The notes below the pieces were generated by a model. That model saw only the letters and a list, made by a program, of their open reading frames with translations, did not search any database and had not been told where the DNA came from. DNA of 63,131 bases, the filler included. It is 4 parts of 4 records of this genome, joined end to end, with 100 filler letters (N's around TTAATTAATTAA, not from the genome) between each part and the next. Parts side by side here need not be neighbours in the genome. Positions count along the whole stretch, not along the records: positions 57,414 to 63,131 come from SRR31156797_1018; 3 more parts are not named here. The stretch is one strand, 5' to 3'. A program made the position numbers and the translations under genes. How positions within the stretch are numbered: the stretch's first letter is position 1; each line of letters opens with the position of its first letter. Shown in pieces: positions 58,062-63,131 of the stretch.

Positions 58062-58087
58062 AGCTCTTCCGGGGGAGGAAGAGCTTT
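58060..58087. terminator. Bidirectional terminator between convergent genes
   Basis: AAAGCTCTTCC-GGGGGA-GGAAGAGCTTT, an 11-bp perfect stem. Confidence 0.8.
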
Positions 58088-58099
58088 GGAATACACTGT

Positions 58100-58888
58100 T
58101 TAATTATTGATAGACCCATTTGGAGGAAAATAACTAACATCAAAGTCGATAGTTCCGATATGAGTTTCTGATTTTTCATTGAGTGGTATAACAGCTTCCC
58201 ACAGCTTTTTTCCCTCTTCACCAAAATCTTTCCACTTTTTTTCGTTTAAGGCATAATGTTCTGCTGCATTTGTTCCCATCTCGTCAATGAAATAAACCAC
58301 ATTCATGTTTGGACCAAAGTCGGGGTATAATGTGTAAAATGCATCAGTAATACCGTGTCGTTGCCGAAGTTCAACGTAGTTTTTTATCTGTTCTTCAAAC
58401 TCTTTTTCTTTACCATATTTAATGTAGAATTTTTCGAAGAAACGAAATTTCTTTCCTGTGCGACTTATTTCAGACTCCGGAACCGGAATTGATAACTCTG
58501 GCTGTGCTTCAAGAATAAGTCCACCCACCGCTGTAAATGCCCCTTCAAACAATTCCTGAATTTCTTTCGATTTTTCTGCATGTTCTTTCCACAGTTTTTT
58601 TGATGTTGCCCGAATTTGATCAATATCAGCATAATTCGAAAAAGGAACAGAGTACCACAGGTAACCATCGTTAGAGTATTGGATTAGGTTAGCAAAGGGA
58701 TAATTTTGTTCTTTTAAAAATGCATTTTGTGTTTGTATTGCTTTTAATAATTGCTGGTGTTGAACCGGAGTAACCTGAACTTCCCAAACCATGTACTTGG
58801 TTTTAGGCTGATCTTCCTGGGCTGTTAAATTTACGGAGGAAAACACTAAAATCAGGAATATTAATAATCCCAAAAACAACTTTTTCAT
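58100..58888 (-). CDS. Secreted hypothetical protein with two NIPSNAP-like alpha/beta halves
   Basis: Signal peptide ending LTAQE; two similar halves (WEVQVTP...KKLWKE...AQPELS and FEKFYIK...KKLWEA...IDFDVS). Confidence 0.7.
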   Translation of the reverse strand: MKKLFLGLLIFLILVFSSVNLTAQEDQPKTKYMVWEVQVTPVQHQQLLKAIQTQNAFLKEQNYPFANLIQYSNDGYLWYSVPFSNYADIDQIRATSKKLWKEHAEKSKEIQELFEGAFTAVGGLILEAQPELSIPVPESEISRTGKKFRFFEKFYIKYGKEKEFEEQIKNYVELRQRHGITDAFYTLYPDFGPNMNVVYFIDEMGTNAAEHYALNEKKWKDFGEEGKKLWEAVIPLNEKSETHIGTIDFDVSYFPPNGSINN

Positions 58889-59118
58889 GTTGTGAAATTT
58901 TAGTTAATACGAAAGAAATGGTTAAATACTCTATTCAAGTTAGTAAATTTTGATATAAAATACAAATAGGTATTTTATTATTGGGGTCTAATCTGTTACA
59001 ATCATAGCAATTGTTGTAAATCCGGATAAAAAGTATTTTGGATATAACTGGTTGGCTTAACTTTTTAATTAACCATAAAGTATGATTTTTGCGATTTGCT
59101 TTGCAAATTGATTTGTAT

Positions 59119-60531
59119 TTAAAACTTGAAATAATGCCAACAATCAGAATAGTCTATTTCATTATTAAGATTTTCAAGGTAGGCGATAATGCTTTCTGCT
59201 GCTGTTAGTGGTTGTGCTGCACCATTATCAGGAAAATAAAGAGAATGAACTGCCGGAATGTAATCATTTAGTCCAACGGTTAAGATATAATCATCCGGAA
59301 TTTTCCGTCCATTTGAGTCTCTGATTACAAGGTTTCCTTCTTCTTTGTTTAATTGAATTCCAGAGTAGTAAAATCCAGAGCCCGATTCAGTTAGAAATGT
59401 TTTTATTTCAGCAACACTCATGTTGTAAATCACCGTGCCATTATTAAAAGGAGAAATTTCATAAATATCGCGTTTGGTGATGGGACCATAATTCAACAAT
59501 GCTCGAATTCCTCCTGTATTTTGAAAAGAAACATCGACATTAAGATACCCCTGAATGGCGTTGGTATAAAAACAGCCGGTAGATACGTAGGAATGATTGT
59601 TAGTTGCAAAGCCAATTTTTTCATCCAGTTCTGGCCAGTCGTTATAATCGTCAATTAATGCCTGTAAATCGGCATTTGTATCCGAATAGCTGTCGAGATT
59701 TATTAAGGTAAAGTCGGAAGACTGAATGGATCGGTTATTTATGGTTAACTGAATTTTGCCCAGATAATGAAGGTAAGCTCCGGATTGATAAATTGGAATG
59801 TTGTTATATATTGTATCCACAATGGAATGTGAATGCCCTCCAATTATCAGATCAAAAAATGAACTGGTTTTTGCCAATTGAAAATCAGCATTTACCCCCA
59901 AATGACTCAACGCAATAAGAATATCTGCATTTTCCTGTTCTTTCAGGTTGTAGTAATTGTTCACCACGTCAAATGGATTTTGAAAGGTGTAATCTTGAAC
60001 GCGCCAGGGGTGTGATGAAGGAATGGTGATGTAATTAGATCCCCAGGTTTCAATTAATCCCAGGAAAGTAACTTTTAAATCTTCGATCGTAAGTGTAACA
60101 TACTCAGCAGGCTGTGCCAGATTGTTGTTGTCTGTTCCTGCGTTGGCACATAACCATGGAAAGTTTGATTGGTTAATTCTATTTTTTAATGTAGCCGCTC
60201 CATAATCAAATTCGTGGTTTCCCAATACCGATACATCAAAACCAATCTCGTTCATTAGGTTTATTATTGGATAACCTTTTTCTGCATAATTGTCCACAAC
60301 AGGATTTCCAGAGAACAGGTCACCGGAGCAGGCAACCAGAACATCGTTTTTAGCTCTTTCCTGATCGATAATGTGTTTTACTTTTCCAAAGTTGTCTATT
60401 TTACCATGAACATCGTTTACAAAAAAGATGGTGAGTTTTTGATTGGTTTCCTGTGTGGTTGGATCGGAGTTGTTGCATGACCAAAGAATAACAACAAAGA
60501 ATAGCAAAAATATTGTCCTAATGGTTTTCAT
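59119..60531 (-). CDS. 5'-nucleotidase / UDP-sugar hydrolase family metallophosphoesterase lipoprotein
   Basis: Lipobox LWSC; NDVHG, SGD, GNHEFDYG, LSHLG, IGGHSH, NTGGIR, PFNN. The likely start is ATG 60531. Confidence 0.92.
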   Translation of the reverse strand: MKTIRTIFLLFFVVILWSCNNSDPTTQETNQKLTIFFVNDVHGKIDNFGKVKHIIDQERAKNDVLVACSGDLFSGNPVVDNYAEKGYPIINLMNEIGFDVSVLGNHEFDYGAATLKNRINQSNFPWLCANAGTDNNNLAQPAEYVTLTIEDLKVTFLGLIETWGSNYITIPSSHPWRVQDYTFQNPFDVVNNYYNLKEQENADILIALSHLGVNADFQLAKTSSFFDLIIGGHSHSIVDTIYNNIPIYQSGAYLHYLGKIQLTINNRSIQSSDFTLINLDSYSDTNADLQALIDDYNDWPELDEKIGFATNNHSYVSTGCFYTNAIQGYLNVDVSFQNTGGIRALLNYGPITKRDIYEISPFNNGTVIYNMSVAEIKTFLTESGSGFYYSGIQLNKEEGNLVIRDSNGRKIPDDYILTVGLNDYIPAVHSLYFPDNGAAQPLTAAESIIAYLENLNNEIDYSDCWHYFKF

Positions 60532-60644
60532 ATTCGAGAATAAGACTGAAATAGTTTTTGCGAACACTACGAAAATTATGCCAGATCTGTCGAAAAACAC
60601 TTTCTAATGTAACTATTTATGCGTTGTTGTTCATATATACAAAA

Positions 60645-60682
60645 TAATAAGGCGTTTCTGTGTAAGAAGAAACGCCTTATTA
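60645..60682 (-). terminator. Rho-independent terminator after the HtrA-like gene
   Basis: TAATAAGGCGTTTCT/AGAAACGCCTTATTA 15-bp inverted repeat; on the minus strand the hairpin ends in TTATTATTTT. Confidence 0.8.
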
Positions 60683-60695
60683 CATTTAACTCGAA

Positions 60696-61721
60696 CTATT
60701 GCATACGCCAGTTTAGGTGTTTTATTTCACCTTCGCGTAAAACTTTTACGACATACGAATGACCTTTTTCCCTGTGATTCAGGTATTCATAAAACTTAAT
60801 GAGATTTTCCGTAGAATTTAAAGGGATATCGTCAAACTGAAGGATGATATCACCTCCGGCTAAAAATTCAATACCACCCAACGACATTTTTACATAGCCC
60901 CCTTTTAATCCCATAAAATAAGCAGGTGAATTTTCCGCAACACTTTGAATCAGTAAAGCACCTTCCTGTTTTACATTTAACAATTTGCAGAACTCTGCAG
61001 ACATCGGGAAAATATCGGTTCCAAACCAAATTCTTCCTTTTTGTGTTAGAATTTCTTCAGCAATAGATGAGGTTGCCGCAAAACCCAATCCTTCAAATCC
61101 TCCCGAAAATGAAAGAATAGAACTTACAATACCTACAACTTCTCCATTCATATTAAACATCGGACCACCGCTGTTCCCTTTATTGATTGCTGCATCGGTT
61201 TGAAAAAACTCCTGAATCCTGTTATTGTTAATTTTATTCTTTTCAACGTGTTTTCCGCTGATTATACCTCTCGAAACCGAATGTTCCAAACCAAGAGGAT
61301 TACCAATAATAAAAATATCATCACCAATACGCATTTTCTCCGAATCTCCCATTTTTGCCGGAGGAATATGTGTAACCGCTTTATTTAGTTGAAGCAAAGC
61401 AACATCAGAAGTTTTGTCGATTCTTCGAATAGATGCTCCAACTGTGGTTTTATCTTTAAAAACAACTTGAATTTTGGAGGCATCGGCAACAACATGCGCG
61501 GCTGTTAAAACGTATATATGTTTTTGTCCGACTAAAATGCCAGATCCCATCCCTTCCGCAGATGTCACACCTTCTCGTGTTCCTATTCCAAGGTTCTGTT
61601 TTTGTAGTACTTGTACGGTGACTACACTTTTGTTTACTTCGGCAACAAGGTCTGCAAAATTTTGGGCACCTGAAACCATTGTCATGAAAATCAGTAAAAA
61701 GGCATAAATTAATTTACTCAT
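60696..61721 (-). CDS. HtrA/DegP-like trypsin serine protease with PDZ domain
   Basis: Signal peptide; GSG, LTAAHV, DVALL, IGNPLG, QTDAAINKGNSGGP; C-terminal PDZ (SPA...GL...GDII). Confidence 0.92.
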   Translation of the reverse strand: MSKLIYAFLLIFMTMVSGAQNFADLVAEVNKSVVTVQVLQKQNLGIGTREGVTSAEGMGSGILVGQKHIYVLTAAHVVADASKIQVVFKDKTTVGASIRRIDKTSDVALLQLNKAVTHIPPAKMGDSEKMRIGDDIFIIGNPLGLEHSVSRGIISGKHVEKNKINNNRIQEFFQTDAAINKGNSGGPMFNMNGEVVGIVSSILSFSGGFEGLGFAATSSIAEEILTQKGRIWFGTDIFPMSAEFCKLLNVKQEGALLIQSVAENSPAYFMGLKGGYVKMSLGGIEFLAGGDIILQFDDIPLNSTENLIKFYEYLNHREKGHSYVVKVLREGEIKHLNWRMQ

Positions 61722-62018
61722 TGTAATTTTTTTTGTTTGATGAATTTTTGAACAATATACGGTAAATCAATTTAACAATATAGCTGCTTTTGATCATTTC
61801 TTTTTATAAAACTCCTTTTTTCAATGATAAGGAGAGAAGAACATTATTATGATGGCAGTTGTTAACAGATGTTAAAAAAAAGGGCTTGATTTTACGATGT
61901 GTTTACAGTCACTTAACTATAATTTTAGATATCGTACATTTGTGTAAGCACTGAACTTAAGAAATAATAAGACATAGACTGGAAAAAGCTTTAACAATCA
62001 TATTTCAATAAGAAAATT

Positions 62019-62813
62019 ATGGTTTTTCAATCGGCATACGAAAATATTTATCTTCTATTACCTTTAATTGGCTTTATAATTGGGTTATTGGGGACTATGC
62101 TTGGCGGTGGTGGTGGTTTTTTATTTTTGCCGGTTTTAACACTATTGATAGGTGTGCCTCCTCATACTGCTGTTGCTACTTCACTGGCAGCAACACTTCC
62201 AATTGGTTTGGTGGGATCTTTCGGACATTACCGAAAAGGAAATCTGGATATAAAAACTGGATCTGTTTTTTGTATTGCAGGAGTTATCGGCGCTTTCTTA
62301 GGCGCATATATTACACGTTTAATCGATGGAAATCAACTTAAAACCGCTTTCGGAATTTATTCTATTCTGATAGCATTGAATATGGTTGTAACAGTTTTGC
62401 GAAAAGTAGATGAAAAAAACAGGCAGGGAACTTCAGTGCCGGGAAGTCTGGAAAGGTTTGGAAAAGGATCGTTTTTTGGTTTATCAGCAGGCATTATTGC
62501 AGGCACTTTTGGAACCAGTGGAACGGCACCTGTTATTGCAGGTTTGTTTTCTATGCGCTTGCCCTTAAAAATGGTAATTGGTACATCGTTATTGGTTGTT
62601 TTGGTAATTGGTGCATTCGGAATGACAGCTCATATTTTTGTTGGAAGCATTGATTTAACTCTTATTGCTTTTTTAACCTCGGGATCGGTAATCGGTGCGT
62701 TTTTGGGGCCTCGGTTTTTCTCAAAACTAACTTTTAAACGCTCGGGAAACAAGGTGCAATATGTTTATGCTTTAGTAGTTGCAATAATTGGAATTTTAAT
62801 GATAGTTAAGTAA
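62019..62813 (+). CDS. TauE/SafE family sulfite exporter
   Basis: LGGGGG...P, AVATSL, GTFGTSG, IGTSL; multiple TM helices in two similar halves. Confidence 0.9.
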   Translation: MVFQSAYENIYLLLPLIGFIIGLLGTMLGGGGGFLFLPVLTLLIGVPPHTAVATSLAATLPIGLVGSFGHYRKGNLDIKTGSVFCIAGVIGAFLGAYITRLIDGNQLKTAFGIYSILIALNMVVTVLRKVDEKNRQGTSVPGSLERFGKGSFFGLSAGIIAGTFGTSGTAPVIAGLFSMRLPLKMVIGTSLLVVLVIGAFGMTAHIFVGSIDLTLIAFLTSGSVIGAFLGPRFFSKLTFKRSGNKVQYVYALVVAIIGILMIVK

Positions 62814-62814
62814 A

Positions 62815-63131
62815 ATGATTTTAACCATCTACATATTTATTTTAGCTTATTTTTTACTTGGAGGAATTGGTTTTTATTTCATCAACAGACGTAAAGAAAA
62901 AGAAGTAGCAAGAGAAAGCTGGACAAAATTCATCACCTATTTTATTCTTATTCATATTTTGTTTTTCAGTATAGTTGTTAATCCTTTGGTATTTAGGTGG
63001 TTGGTTGCGTTGGTGGTAGCAGTAGGTACTGTTGAGTTAATAAAACTTTTTGTGGAATCTTCCTATAAAAACAAAGGGTTTGTATTTGGTGCATTGGTTG
63101 TGTTTGCCGTATTCTCGGTTGGTTTATGGCA
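62815..63131 (+). CDS. Integral membrane protein, possibly a phosphatidate cytidylyltransferase N-terminus (runs off the right edge)
   Basis: Open frame MILTIYIFILAYFLLGGIG...WTKFITYFILI...GTVEL; the diagnostic C-terminal SPxKT motif is outside the window. Confidence 0.5.
   Translation, partial: MILTIYIFILAYFLLGGIGFYFINRRKEKEVARESWTKFITYFILIHILFFSIVVNPLVFRWLVALVVAVGTVELIKLFVESSYKNKGFVFGALVVFAVFSVGLW

Overview
The window is not one locus. It is four unrelated contigs joined by artificial 100-nt spacers (N-run + TTAATTAATTAA + N-run) at 21437-21536, 35288-35387 and 57314-57413. Taxonomic labels below are inferences from gene content. (1) 1-21436, probably a Desulfobacterota-type bacterium: a dCache chemoreceptor and a >19 kb glycan-biosynthesis operon face away from each other, each with a sigma54-type promoter. 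The operon encodes RfbF/G/H, a NeuB-like synthase, a KdsC-like phosphatase, an SpsF-like cytidylyltransferase, a YerE-like ThDP enzyme, a Nudix hydrolase, a C-methyltransferase, an SDR, five radical SAM enzymes and two GT2 proteins. (2) 21537-35287, a Methanosarcinaceae-type archaeon: serA, then the rpl18e-rpl13-rps9-rpoN-rpoK-rps2-MEMO1-mvk-ipk-fni-rnj-idsA superoperon, which contains a T-arm-deleted tRNA-Pro(GGG) relic. After idsA lies what looks like a decayed casposon: casposase and PolB 3' fragments missed by the ORF track, plus a candidate terminal repeat. It carries an intact two-gene cargo, a membrane protein and a SEC-C protein with a phage prohead-protease-like core. (3) 35388-57313, probably Deferribacterota: a minus-strand housekeeping run from pepA to hppA, ending in a truncated tRNA-fMet. 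Oddities include an accC-derived mini-ORF, a transglycosylase-degenerate PBP, a PglB-like protein with LWDHG, a LolB-position lipoprotein and an acidic TPR repeat protein. (4) 57414-63131, probably Bacteroidota: an M20 amidohydrolase, a secreted hypothetical protein, a 5'-nucleotidase, an HtrA-like protease, TauE and a partial membrane protein. The best candidates for new biology are the casposon-relic cargo pair and the radical-SAM-rich branched-sugar pathway. All family calls come from motif recognition by eye; no searches were run.
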